A stretch of DNA of 64,000 nucleotides from Balanoglossus misakiensis (GCA_040954595.2 CM082585.2:4303358-4367357), one strand, 5' to 3'; shown: positions 13,580-28,500, counted from the stretch's first letter. The notes: generated from the sequence alone by a model not told the origin. A program made the numbers and translations.

Positions 13580-16500
13580 ATGGAAAGGTTTCGTGTGTAT
13601 TTTTGTACACTTTTACTGGTAATTACAATTACTTTCCCGTGCAAGGTAAGAATTTGTTTATTTCAGACAAAAGAATCATTTGCTTTGTTATTAGATTATT
13701 GCCCTAACATTTGTCCATTGTCGAAGTGCAAGATGCACACATCGTTTGACACAGGAATATCTTGTACTTTCACTTTTACACGAAGCTATATTACTTTGTA
13801 ATACAATTGTAAACAACTTGGTATCAAGCTGATGTCAAACAAATAACTGATGACCTATTATATCTCCGCGAAACTTTTTCGCTTTTTGAGTTATCGAGTT
13901 TCATTAAGGTAAATCCATCAAATCAATCCATTAAGAAAACTGTTGACTCAGCATTTTTCACCAATGGTTTGTCTATGGGCAATTTTTTTAACACAATTTA
14001 TTTCAAAATGGAGCGCGGCGACCACACGATTTTATTTGACCAATGATTTTTTATACTTGACTGAACTATGTATACAATTTCGTGAAAATGACAATAGTAG
14101 AAGTTGTTTTCTAGCAATCATCAATGTAATCCTATGGGAAAAAGACAAATACGCGCAGTTTTCCGGTTTATGTTCTGCGCGTACATCCTTAAACTATCAA
14201 ACGCGTTTGTTACCCAGGCACAGTCCGCAGTCGGCCCAGATGTATGCGAACAGAGGTGGAAACTAGGGCCGTATGACGAACAAGTATGCGCTTGTCCAGC
14301 TGGCTTCACACCTGATCCAAGTTCACACCAGTGCGAAGGTGAGTTTTGTGAGAGAAATGTGGTCGTGTGACAAAGAAAAAAAGCTAATGTCTATTTAGTA
14401 TAGAACACTTAGTGAAGTAAACAGTATTGCAATTGGCGATATCATACAAATCCATCTGAATTATGATCAACAGTAGAGGCTTTTTCCGATGGACATTTAA
14501 ACATGAACATTTCTTAACAGGAACAGGTTGGGCATATATTGGGACAAAATCTGACAACCTTCACTGATCTTTTGAAACTCGTATTAGTAAACAGAGGACA
14601 ATTTCAATTGGAAATTAAACTTCAGCGAATATAACATTTTATTTCAACTTGAAATAGATAAAAAAACAAATATCCACCAGTTTCTATTTTCTTCTGTTTA
14701 TGGTTTGAATGATTTTTTCTCATTTAGATATCGACGAATGTGAAACGATGAATAATACATGTAATCATATATGTGTAAATACAATCGGATCTTTTTACTG
14801 CGCATGTTACCATGGTTATGAGTTACAAGATGACAACAACACATGTGACGGTGAGCGACACTTCTTTTATTCTGTATATGTAAATTCATTATTTCAAATT
14901 TTCGTGACTTCATTTTCAAGCAGATTGCGTTTAATTATTCATTTATTCATTCGCCAGCTTGTGCGTTCATCTGTTACGATGGCAACTGCTTAATTGAACG
15001 CTATCGATGCGACAACTACCGTGACTGTCAAGCTGGCGAAGACGAAATGGGATGCGAAAGTGAGAATTTTATAAATAAAATGTTTAGTGCAATGAACGCG
15101 TGAATGTGTATATAATAGGATTAATCTAAAACAACGTTACATTAATTTTTTCACTATCATTGTTCTTTTTGTAATGTTTACATTTTCTTTTCTTTTTTAA
15201 ATCAAATATCTGTTTGTCAATATGGCCTGTACATATGCACACTTTTAATGTTCACAAACGAAATTCCATTCAAGTCCCGACTTGAATATAAATTTAAATA
15301 TTGGAAATTGATATTACATATATGCTGGTTTTCGGTGGTTGAAGACGAAACTGCAATTGATAAATAGAACTTTAGTACCTTCAGAAAGACGACAATTTAG
15401 TTTTTTTTTCATTGGCTGGGCTGTATATGGTATACGCCTGGCCACAGTTAAGGTTAGGGATTAAAAAAATGGCTCACTTTTGTATTTTCATAGCATGTGG
15501 CTACAAGGAATATCGATGCAGCGACGGAACGTGTATTCCAAACTACAGGCTTTGCGACGGATATGCGAATTGTAACGATGACGAGTCTGCTTGTGGGCGT
15601 GAGTAAATCATTATGTCTCTAGCCATTACGCTGTTTATATAGTTCTGTTATTCATCTCATTAGTTACAGCGACTGCAAGATACAACGTCTAAACACACAC
15701 CTTTTGGGCAGGATGCCAGCAGCTCCTCACAATGCGATATTAAATTGGCAATCGCGGTGACTGATGGGAACTGTAGACTGCAATAATGCAAGATCGTTAT
15801 ATTGCATGACTGCGCCGCCATTATTAACAATCTCACTTTACATGTACATTTGTCACATTTATCAATGATATCCAATCTAGTTTCAACCGACTTATTGTGC
15901 GATCAACTATAGTATCCGTATGGCTTTCTTCACAGTGTGCGGAGCCTTGACATATTACCCATGCGACGACAATGGAACCAACTGCGTATATAACACAGAG
16001 GTCTGCGATCAGCGGCGGAACTGCGACGGTGCAATAGACGAGAAAGTTTGCGGAGGTGAAATGAAATATATAATTATGGTGTTACTTATGTTTATTTGAC
16101 GTTTTCTGTGCCTATTAGAATATTATGCTACATGTATATTAAAGTATAATCTTCCTTTGAAACGATGGTAGTGACTGCCAAACGGTTTACTAAAACGACA
16201 GGTGTGAACAAAAGTTAATTCAAAACATAACGATATTGTTCATTATTTTGTATAATTCTCAGCCATGCGTGCGACTAGCACATGCGTCATTTGTGAGTAA
16301 TTGTTTTTCTCTCTTTTTTTTCGATTTGTCATTGAAACAGACTGTAACGCCGATGAATTCGAATGCGGCAGCGGTGAATGTGTGACATCGACTTTGGTCT
16401 GCAACTCCGTTGAGGACTGCTTGGACGGTTCTGATGAGTTGAACTGTGAAGGTATTGACATTTGCCTATCATATCTTCAGGGGTTAGAGAGCAGTGGGAA

Positions 16501-19500
16501 ATTTTAGGGTTGTGTCTTTAAAAAATCGGCTTTTCCGATCACAACCAAAAAGGGGAACCAATGACGCAGTTATATTTGCTTGTTAATCGTGAAACTCATT
16601 AATGAAAGAATGCATGTTGTGGAGTTATTGATGACAGGTTAAAATGGTCGATGTCACTGTCGAAATGTTCAGTAAGAGGTTAGAATACCCATCCCCAGTG
16701 TATTTCTCTTCGTGTTAAAAGTAATATGTATACATGTATGAAATAAAAAAAAAAAACACATTTTTAAATCAATGATATTTTATATGTTCCAAGCTAGTTT
16801 TCCTTTCTTTATTTTACAGTTCACAGTATTGCATTCGAACAGCCGACCATACAAAGCACTACTAACTACGACTACGGTGGGTCTGAAACAGCTGTCGACG
16901 GAAATCGGCAGGCTTGGATGTATGCTTATAGCTGTACCCAAACACACCTGGACTACGAGCCTTGGTGGCGAGTTGATTTGCAAATTGAATATCAAGTTTT
17001 CAGAGTGGACATTACAAACAGGGACGACTGTTGCGGTAAGTACATGCGTATGCGTACTAAGCGACGTGCACAGGGACAACACATGTTGAGAATTGACTTT
17101 ATAACCAATTTAAACGGAAACAGGGCAGGGTGCAATTACAAAAATGGCTCTCTGTGTACATGTCAAACTAGACAAGAGTACGAAATGATTCTGTTATTTT
17201 GCAGGGGTTAGTCTGATGTGTGAGTATAGCTATTCAATTATTATTTTAAATGTTACGTACTTGTGAAATGAATTCTACAACGAGTCTGTTATCAACTATC
17301 AACTATTGAATGCATATACATGTATGTACATACAGACCATTAAGGTATACATACCATTCTGAGATCAAGCCATTAAGCCGGTGGCCGGCCATTTCTTGTC
17401 ATGTTTTAACTGTGCTTTTTTCTGTTGATTTCTCATTTCATCAGCGGAACGTCTCGTCCGTGCAGAAGTGCGTGTTGGCAATCATGTTAATCCTAAAGAA
17501 AACCCAATCTGTGGCACTCCCGTGGGCGCATTTACTAAACCACGTCTTGTCATGAATTGCCAAGGAAAAACAATGGGAAGATATGTTGGTGTTGTGATAC
17601 CACGCCGATCGTAATTTCTAACTCTTTGCGAAGTTGATGTCTATGGTGCAGGTTATTTGACATATTGCATTATCTGCAGATGCATGGTTGTATACACACT
17701 GGAAAGGTTGTTGCACTGTGGGGTATCTGTTTCCGATAGGTAGCTGTTCCCCTGTTAATAGTAGTGTTGTATGATCATGACAGTCCACGCCCCTTGTTAT
17801 ACATCATTGATTGTTGGCGAGAGAAACACAAATCAGCAAACCAATATCACTCCGATTTGTTTCAGATAGAAACAACTGTAACGATGGCAACATATCACCG
17901 TGTAGCACCGTGGAAACTGGTGGGTGTACCTGTTGCGAAGGATACCAGGAACGAGAAGAGAATATGTGCGAAGGTAAGGATGGCAGCTTACCCGTTCAGA
18001 AATGGCGTTCTTGCCAGCAGAACAAACATAGGAGTGTATTTTCTAATTATGTCAAATTCAGCACATTTGTCATGTGAATGTGGTACCATCACCAGACATT
18101 TTCGCCTCTAGTTACCAGACCAAGAGGCAAACTTCGTCTATCTTTCTCATCTAAATCAACGAATTTCACTGTTAATACCTATTAATGTCATAATTGTGGT
18201 AGTCCATTATTTTAAATGAAGTTAAATAATTAATCAATTTGGTGTAAGAAAAATAATGCTGATAATATGCCTTTAAGTCTTATCTAACCCAATGACGAAT
18301 ATCATGATAATGTTTTCGCATACATGCTAAGTCGACAAGAACAGTGTTCTGCGTTTCAATGTATTTCATAGGTTGGAATGAGGAATTTTATTTACACAGA
18401 ACAAAACACTCAACATGCTTTCTAAGTTATAGCTATACGGTCTCTTTCGTAATTTTGGAACATGCGTAGATGTTCACTTTAACTGCATGGGAATGCCAAA
18501 AAGATCGGACGGAAAAAAACTGACGAAGATATATTTAGTGTTGCCTTACAGATATAAACGAATGTGAACTAATAGAAAACACTGACACTTGTGATCAACT
18601 ATGCGTAAACACACCCGGTTCCTTCCACTGTGCCTGTGACCGAGGATATTATCTGCATACGGATGGAAGAAAATGCGTGCGTAAGTAATTTGTCTAATGG
18701 TATTACCCCCTGAAAAGTTAATGTGATCTAGATTCAGTCACGGTTGGCATGTATATGTTGATGAACTTTTAATAAAGAGAATGTGAAAATTGTCACAATC
18801 CATGTTAAATATCAAAGTGATATCATTACAAACGTGTGTAAAGTGACTCAGGGGAAGAAAGGGCTTCGTGGTGGCCCCTGGTGTTCAGTCGCCTGTACGT
18901 CATATTAATATGAAGTTATACCACATATTTTAGTGATTGGATGTGAACAATTGGTTTAAATGTCAACTTGGCATCGACATCGTTGCTCGTGGCATTATTT
19001 ACCACCTTTAAACCGTAGGTTCTGGGTTAGTTTAACAAAATCAGAATTATATGGCAAGAAAAAAGATTTCTGGTCTGGTATTTTACAGGTACCCCGAAGT
19101 TTGTACTGTTTATAGAAGAGAGGACATATTATGATGCCGTGTTATCATGCCAGAGTTTTGGCATGAATTTGTTGAGAATCACAGATTGGGACAAACATCA
19201 AGAGGTGATATGGTTCGCCCTAGCAGAGGATGGAATCGGTAACTTTTGGGTCGACGGAAGAGTTACTAACTACTATACGCAAGAAGTGCAACATTTAGAT
19301 GGAACGATAGCACAGTTCGTGTGGTTTGTCCCTGGCTATGGCGAGCCGAGTGGAAATGGTCCATGTCTCCAGATGTCTTGGTAGGTGATGTTTTGTCTGG
19401 GGTTATTACTGACCTCGGTGGGGGTAGTGCATGTGCTTATTTCGCACGCCGAACCCACAGTCGGAAAAGTGGCGCTGTTGTCTGATTAGCAAGGACGTCA

Positions 19501-22500
19501 TTACCTTACGTGATCACTTACATGAGATGATGTCATCGCATTTTCTGTGTGTCCGCGTGTGTGTCTGCCTGTCTGTATGCACGGTACCTCAAGAACGTCT
19601 GATCAGATTTCTATCAGCTTTGGTATACGGCTTCCATTTTGGAATGGCAAAACATGATTAGTTTTTTGGTGACGGCGGGCATCGTATTATGGACGAAAGG
19701 AATACACCGTCAACTGGTGCCTGGCGGCAGCGTCACCTCACACTTAGTGACCGTTGTTGATTGTGTAAATCATTCCTTTTAAATTATGCTTTCATAGGCT
19801 AGGCAATATCCACTATATGTTGGATGATGACTTCTGTTACAAATTGAAGAAATACATTTGCGAACAGGCGACAGGTAATGCAACGTTTATAGTATGCGTG
19901 ACTCATTTGAATGCTAATCCCCGAAACAATATCACCTGGCAATTAATTTTCTTACCAATGAACGAAATCCGCCATAATTTTGTTCATACTTATGATCATT
20001 ACATAAAAACGATATTGAAGCAATAGGGAAATGTGACTTTTCAAGGTGACTGTTTTGAGGATGCTACAATTATAGTTGACAGGCAATGCGAAAATCCGTT
20101 TGCACACTTTAATTAAGAGTTGCCGCTGCACGCGCTGAAAGTAAATATCTTCACCAAAATAGATTCACCTTTTGCGCAACGTGATGAGAATTTCTCTCAT
20201 CACAAGAAGAAAAAGGTGATGAAATAAAGTTTACCAAATCAAAACGCCCTGCTCATATCTGAAAATCACTGTTTATATAGGTCCACGTGTTGACAAGATG
20301 TCTGAACATTAAAAACAGAGGGTTTCTGTCGTGTAAAAGCCTGAGAATGCGAATACATGTAAACGGATTCAAATTGAATATTTAAAGACAAGTCGATAAA
20401 CAGGGAATGTAAGGTCATTTTAGATGACGGAGAATGGTCATCATTTTTGTTATAGATTCAATAGACGACTGTAAGGTTCCAATGGTTAATGTCGGCTGTA
20501 AAGAGATTTGCGGACGCAAGCTGGGTTATCTGATTTGCCCTTGTTTTTCGAACGATTACCAATACATAGGGAATACAAGAACACCCTGTGCCGGTTAGTG
20601 GAAATTGATTCATTGACTTTTCACATGTAGATTTGTGGCTACAAAGATATTGTGCAGTAATTTCGCAATTTCGAGTATATACGGTCCTTTACGGAGATGG
20701 ACATGGGTCCTGGAGCATATGTATTCTTTGCAATCAGAAAGCTTTTATAGAAAATGTCTGCATGTCAACGATATACTGAACGATTTTGCATCAAAAAGGA
20801 GTTGTAATTTTGAGAATGTGTTTTGATCACCTATTATTGAACGGTTATTGCACCCCGTATAGGAGTAGAATATTGTCTTTTTCCGAATGGTGGAAACGCT
20901 GATTGTGACGAGGCATGCATTAGAAAAGTCGGCACTACCTACACAAGTCCATCGTTGTCAGACACGTGTATTGGTAAGTATTAACCCTTTGTACAGTTTT
21001 TTCATCTTAGCTTTTGGTCGTCCTCCAAGCGAGAAATATACTCTCGCGCACATCGTACCATTTCGAACTCCACGAGACCCTGCAAGATCTGGCGTGCCTA
21101 GGAAGTTTTTATGGAAGGACATTCTCATGTACAACATGGCAAACAACATGTGGCCCATCATGATAATTGTTATAAACGTTGCTAAGGTATTTATTCAAGT
21201 CTCGCGATATCTCGCAATGAGTGGAAATTGTTTTCGGCTTGATAAGAAATCATTATGTATTTGTTGATGCTATTAGAATTTCAAGTCGTTATGTTTCCAC
21301 ATTTAGTATTCGATGACAAGTGCAATGTCGATGAAACCCTGCACCTCTCGAAGTTTGATATCGGTCTTATAAGTTTTAGACCTGGTAAAACGCTACTATG
21401 TCACTGGACAGTAATCGTGCCAAAAGGTATGTTGGTAGTTATTTGATACAATTTGAACACAAGGTTAAACAATTCGTGGTAGCAAACAGTGGCTTTGAAG
21501 ATTTGCACACTGTCAAAACAATTTGTTTGGCCCATGAGGCCTAATGACATACCTGGTTGGTAGTGGTGATGGAAATGATGCCAAATGTGGTTGAATTATT
21601 TTGACGATCTTTTCTGTTTTGTCCATACAATGATGGAAAAGTCTTTTGTGTTAGATGGTGGGGCTACCTGCAGGCATGTGTATACCAAGAATAAGACTGA
21701 TTATTCAACAATACCTTGTACATTATCTGAAACGGTGTTAGTCTCAATTTGAATGCAAAAAAGATCCATGTGGTATAAAACAACTATCATCCAACTGTCC
21801 TATCTTAAATTGCCTAAAGCTTAACAATTTTGTAAATTTGGCTTACATGTCGAGAAATACTCTTTTGCTCACTTTATTTCACAGGATACACAATTACACT
21901 GTTTATTGAATATTACAATCGCGTTAGCGACTGTACGAACATACCTTACTGTACTATCGACTATATGGAGATAACTGACAAATATGAAACCGAGTATGAT
22001 CAGCTGGCTCTTATCTGTGGAGACGAGGGACAATTTTCCGAGGTAAATAAGTTTGTTTTTTCAAAATTCTCGATCGAGGTTTTAGGATGACGCCTTTGCA
22101 TATTCCATGTGCAAATGTACCGAGATTGCGTAAAACCCAGGCGTATACCCACTGTGTCTTTCACAGTGAAAGAGTCACTAGTCGCTTTCTACACGTATAA
22201 TTGCGGTTTCTTTTATGTTAGACTAAATAAAATGTTAAGCACCCGTGTAACAAATGTTCACACATTCGCAGTAAGCACAATATTCACGTAAAATACCAGG
22301 ATATAGTGTATACAGCTAGCCAACCAATTTTATTGTCACAGTGTTTCAACTGGAAGTTTTCTATTACCTGCCCATGTGTGCTTTGCTTACACCAGCACAC
22401 ACCAGGCAGTGCGAAAGGTGTGCTTTTGAGCCAAAAAATGGGCACATTCTAATTCGAGACAAGGTTAGCGTCTGCTCATCATTGATTCTCACCGTTCATG

Positions 22501-25500
22501 ATTTTCAGGTTGTGTACAGTGGCAGCGAAACCATGGTAATCAAGTTTACCAAAAATGAAGTTTACCTATTAAACATGTTTCAACTGGTTGTGTTGCCAAC
22601 AGGTGGGTGGAAACTTTGAAAGTGAACAGGAACGAATTTCATATTTGGAAATAAGTGCCAAATGGCATAAACACTTTGACTGGCAATGAGGGTAACGGTG
22701 AACGACCGCTAACCCGGACAGACCACTTCAAATGGTCATTGACCTTGAGGAAAAGGTCATCCATAGTGACATTCACCAAGTGGAAGCAGGCGCCATGTTG
22801 TTTCCTGTCTTGTGTTTGTAACACGCCACACCACATAGAGTTTAGCCATCATGCCTAGTTAGACTGCGACGAAAATAGAAATTCGATTCGACCTCTTCTG
22901 AATTGAAACCAAAGCTGTTTCATATAACTTAAGAGGTAATTACATCCACTTTAACATTTATTTTTGTATTCATGGAGGGCTAGATACTTTAATCTGTTCG
23001 TAAATAGCACATAAAACAGTAACAGCAGTAATGTAATAACTCTCATTTTATTCATGCTATCCAGACTTACTCGATTGTCCGGATTCAATTGGCGAGAGTA
23101 ATCTCGATTACGGTGTGGCAACTGAGATCGAAGGACCGATGGTCGTTATCGACAGGACGATGAAGTTACCGTGTGTTGGGAAAATTAAACAGTGGCGGTT
23201 CAACTTAACTATAGGAGGCGGGGACAGCCGTGTCCTTTACCCAGGGATTTATCGTCGTAATCACGGAATTGGTAACCGTTTCAGTTTGGTTGGACAGAAT
23301 GAGATTTTGGTCCCAAATGGGCAGAGCGGAATAATGACATTTGATGTTCCTGAGGGCGAACGGCTTTCTTTTCAGCCTGGCGATTTTATTGGTAAGAGAA
23401 ATCCTTTTAGCATTTTTTTCGTTCATGTCTGTCGGGCATTGGAGGGCTTTCCGTGACATCACACAATGTTTACATTGGCCTCCACGTCCCATTCATTAAC
23501 ACCACCACCCGTGAATCAAACCCATCTAACATTGTACTGTTCACAGCGATCCAGATATTTGATGACAAGAAAAGCTTTTAAGGTAAAATCTGGTCTACGC
23601 GAGTTTCCATCCATTGTAGGACATATTTATATTGATAGAATACATTTATGTGGAAACAATTATTATCTGTCAGTATGGGGATCATGTTTCTGCTAAATGT
23701 TTGTTTTTCTTTCCCATTTCCAGGTATATTTTACCCAACTAAATATCATCTCCAGCACCGCGAAGGATGCTATTCCTGCTCCACATGCGAAATCGAGAAT
23801 ATTTTGTTGTCACCGATATTTGATAAACTGCTTCCCAGGCAGATATTTCCCACTGAGTACATATACCGGCCACCAGGCGCGTACAGACTCCCTCTACAAG
23901 CGATACTTCAAAGATGTATGTGGCACATTCACGTCAGGTTGTTTTTGCATTTTAACACAAACATATGCTATAATCTTGATGGAAGTGTGGAACCATTACA
24001 CAGCTACATTGTTATCAATATCGCCTCGACAAAATACGTTGTTTTCTAATCATTGACTATATGTATATACAGTGAAACCTGTCATTACGGACACCTATCT
24101 AATCAGGACACTTCCCTATTAAGCACACATTTTCCAATCCCATAGGTGTCCTTAATAGACAGTTTTCACTGTACATATTTATCATTTGCTCTCCAGTTGT
24201 CATTTTAAAATGATGACATGTTTGCAACATGGCAGTAAACACCTTTTCTTGTTCAAAGTTAACAATGAGCCTTGCGATTGCATAGAGAAGAAACGATGTC
24301 ATAAAATATATTAAGGCGCGCACACTTTTGATGGCGTCGTAAATGAATAGAGTAAAATATCTTACGGAAACCTATAAACCATAAATATTGCACGCATTAA
24401 TATTATTCGCGTGTGTTATTGATTACAATTATGTACTGACTTGCAGTCAGTTGTCTAGACCACCATTCCCCCGCCGCCACGATTACCCCCCACCACCACC
24501 ATCAACCACCACCATCACCAACAACAACAACATCAACAACAACACCAACAATGAAAACAAAACATGTACACTTTGTGTGTGCTGTGTCGTTTAATCGAAT
24601 TTTGGATGTTAAATTGCGGCTATGAGAATGCGTAGTCGATATTCCAAAAAAGAAATCACGGAAGAAACAACTTTTGTAAGACGAAATATATGCTTTTAAA
24701 TGTGAAATTTCATCGAAATTTTCAGATTGTGCTTCAGAAGAATGTTCGGGCTGTGGAACAAAAGCCAAATTCAACGAATCAGAAGGTACCTTTCACACAA
24801 CGAATACAGTGACCGGCGAGACCAATTATTATGCGAACAGCTATTGCAAGTGGATAATAGTAGTGCCAGAAGGATCCTTTATTCATCTGGCATTCGACCC
24901 TTTTGATGTACCTGGTATAGTATTAGACGATGGCGTCCTTGTGTGTCCAAGCAGCGTTCTCCTGTACAACGACATAGTGCTAGATCCATTCAAACTAATG
25001 GCACACTTCTGTGGGTCAAATATTCCCTTAATATCGTCGGCATCGAATGTTCTAACCGTTGTATTCTCTTCTGACGAATACTACATTGGTGAAGGGTTTG
25101 AAGCACATTACTACACCACAGGTAAGGCTGACATACAGTTTATATTGCCTTGAATCAGTATAAAATTTGATATAAAAGTGATACTACATGCTGGTAGGAT
25201 CTCAGAAAAGGAAATTTGTACAAAGCTCAAGCTCACCACAGTACGTTTTCCGTATCTCTCCAAATACCGCGCGTGATGGGAGATAAACATCAGATAATGT
25301 ACTATTGCTTTGGCGTAATCTTTCTTCTTTTCAGATTGCCCTGGTCATGACACGATGAGATTATCTAAGTGTGATCGCCATTTCTACTTGGATACGAAGT
25401 GCGAATACTTCCAATCGATCGGTTACCCGCACCCTAACCCACCCGATTCCAAGTGCAGTTGGAGTATCCGGGTCCCCGAGGGTGACGTCATCGCGTTGAC

Positions 25501-28500
25501 GTTCCTTCACTTCAGCGTCGGTCACAATCTCGATCCGAACTGTATTAATAATTACCTGAAGGTTTACAACTCTGAAACTCCCTCGGAAGCCTTTCTTTAC
25601 GGCACATTCTGTGAAAACAAACGACCTAGCAACATCATCTCAGCCAGCTCTACCATGTATGTGGAGTTTGCTGGTTTGGAATCTGGAGACGGTTCTGGCT
25701 TTTTGGCCAAGTATGTCGCTGTGCCATACCAACTTAACATACGGTTGAATATGACACTGTATACAGGTGAGTGAGTACATTAATTTTGTACAATATTAAT
25801 CACAAGTTAAAAACATATAGCCGGCATTAAACATTTGGCAAAATTAAGTGCCAGTTGACTTTGGCCAAGAATGATCTCGCACACTCCTAGTATCAACACC
25901 TATATGTACAGGGTTTGACTTTATACAGGTTTTACTTTTAGTCTCGATTCCAGACCTCGTCGCTTTGCCAGCGAAAAGGGCGACTATGGCGGTAGGACAT
26001 CAGCGACGAGTGATCTTATGCTAGCGAATGAGATATAATATAAAACAAAAAGACTGGCCATATTCGGGTAACGTCACACGCTTGTGTCTCCTCGGGCCTG
26101 TGTCAGTAATTCGTTCCAAAACAGTTAATTTCTCTAGGCCTTTTGGCCTCTGGAAACATACTGTTTTGGGGTGACTCACAGTCCCCCGGAAACCAAAAGT
26201 ACACGACGAAGTTACCCTCAGAGCAAGTCAATAAGTGTAGAATGTGTGCAATCCATGTTACAGATCGTGAATGTGGTAGATATGACTGTTTTAAAAAGTC
26301 CTTGCTTATACAATGTTACCATTTTGTATAGGCTACAGTTGTCCAGAAGGAGTCTCGGACGGGTTTCGCAGGCACTGCTACAAGTTCCACTCACAGACGA
26401 CTACATTGGCATGGAATGAGGCTGAAACAAAGTGTACCGAAGAGGGCGGTCATCTTGTTAGCATTTTGGATGTGGACGAATCCGAATTCATTACATATGC
26501 ATTGGCCAGACTATGGTGGAATGGTGACGCGACCACCTACATGGGTGAACAAATCGTTTTCTATAGTTTGGCATTTGCATTGTATTTTAAAATTAGCAGG
26601 AGTTCGACTGAGAATGATGTCTTAATTTTTTTATTTATTTGCATAATTAGGTTTACATCTCGAGACAGAAAAGGGCAGGCATCGATGGACTGATGGCAAC
26701 CCAATGGCGTACACAGATTGGTATGTTTTACATGTATTAAGAGATTCTGCATTTGGAATTAAGGGGGACAATATATACAACGCACTCCGTATAGCAATAC
26801 GGATGCAAATATTTGTAAGCCCCGGTTGTTCACTTTTGTGAAAACATGTCAGAAAGACAGTTGATGCTCTGGCAACCTCACCCTAGTTCTTAATGGAGCA
26901 TGATTTGGATTACAGAAACAGTCTTATGTGATATGTAATTGTTTTGCATTTCTATAATGATAAACCGAAATATTTTGTATAGCAGTGTTCAGCATTGATA
27001 ATGTGAGTGTGCGGATGTGACATTCTGGTGCCTTCCTAAGTGATATTCCGAAATGTTTTATTTGCAGGGCGAGAGGGACAACACAAGATGAACTCGACCA
27101 GCCGGACGGTTCTAGATTCGAACTCTGTACCGTTATCATGATGTCCAACGTTCACCACACAAAACACTGGCACGATATACCATGTGCCGTGGATTATGTC
27201 AAACAGTTTATCTGCAAACAGCCAGCATTGTACATTGGTGATCGTGTAGACGAGGAGTATGATGGGGTGGTCCAATACGGTTAGTGCAACAATGCTATTA
27301 TTCGACAGTTGAGCAATGATTATACTTCTTGCATTACATATCCTATCAGCTCTATTTGAATTTCTGGTTGTTTCGTATGAGAAAATGAAACAATATACAT
27401 GCTTATAAATCGATGCTACATATGTCATATGTCACATGTATATGCAGTCACTTAGCTGTTACATAAGTGCGTGAAATAGGAACCTTAGTATATGATGAAG
27501 TAATATTCCATAGGATACCAGAATATCATTTGGAAGGATAGGCTATTGTATTATGCCCTACGATTTTATATAGTATGGAATTGAACATAACGTCCCTGTA
27601 CCACGTTGCTTTCAAAACATGTGGCGATTTAATGCCACAGTAATTATAGCTGAGTCTGTGTATATTTCCTTCTTCTAGGTTGTGAAGATCTCTCTTGGGG
27701 GAGATATGAAGACAAATGTTTCAAACCTGTACTGGTCAACAGTGGGACCCTTTGTCAGTTGATCGATATGCAGTCATTCCCGCGCTTTTCTTCGTACAAT
27801 GACCTCGCACTGCTCATATATTATCTAAGGCATGTATGGGACTTCTCGACCGAAGGTTACATTTTATTACAAAGGAACGCCACGCAGGAGTTCACCGATG
27901 TCATTGAAAGATCCGGGGGATGTGGAAGTTTGTTTACTTGCCAGATTGGACAAAGAAATACGTCTTGGTCGAATTCAACAAATTCTGACGAATGTCTGGT
28001 CCTGGGAGCGTCTGACTGGAGCTTAAGTCTACAGAACTGTGCTAATCCTATGATTACGTATGACCTTTGCCGAAACCGTGCAATGGGTAAGATATAAATT
28101 ATTGATAAAGGTTTTAGTCGTGGCTTGTTAAATGCCAACAATAACTGAAGCATAAATCCCCGCTAAACTGTGTGGGCGTAATTAAAGGTACAAGTGTCAC
28201 GTCCATCATGCAAAATTAGGCACTACTAGAAATTCGTGGTGTCTGTATCTTTGAACAGCACTTTTTTGATATGACAAGAAGCCTGGCACATTGAATGGTG
28301 TATAGGCTTTAGTAAAGACATATATGTTTAGTTAATCATGCAATTATGCAGCCAAAATTGGCATTGCTATAATATCATGAGGTGCATTGTATGGTATGTA
28401 CATTTTCAGGAATGCAGATGGATTGTGGCGACGATAATTTCCGATGTAATGACAGTGTATGCATCCATGAGGTGTACGTGTGTGATGGCACTGCAGACTG

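Noticed and set aside
17612-17614. Recoding (selenocysteine/readthrough) or a rescuing splice donor at the in-frame stop
   Set aside because: The codon is TAA, not TGA. The GTAATT donor at 17611 would leave phase 2, incompatible with the next phase-1 exon.
25939-26030. TAGTCTCGATTCCAGACC, a possible short palindromic MITE end
   Set aside because: No convincing matching second terminus.
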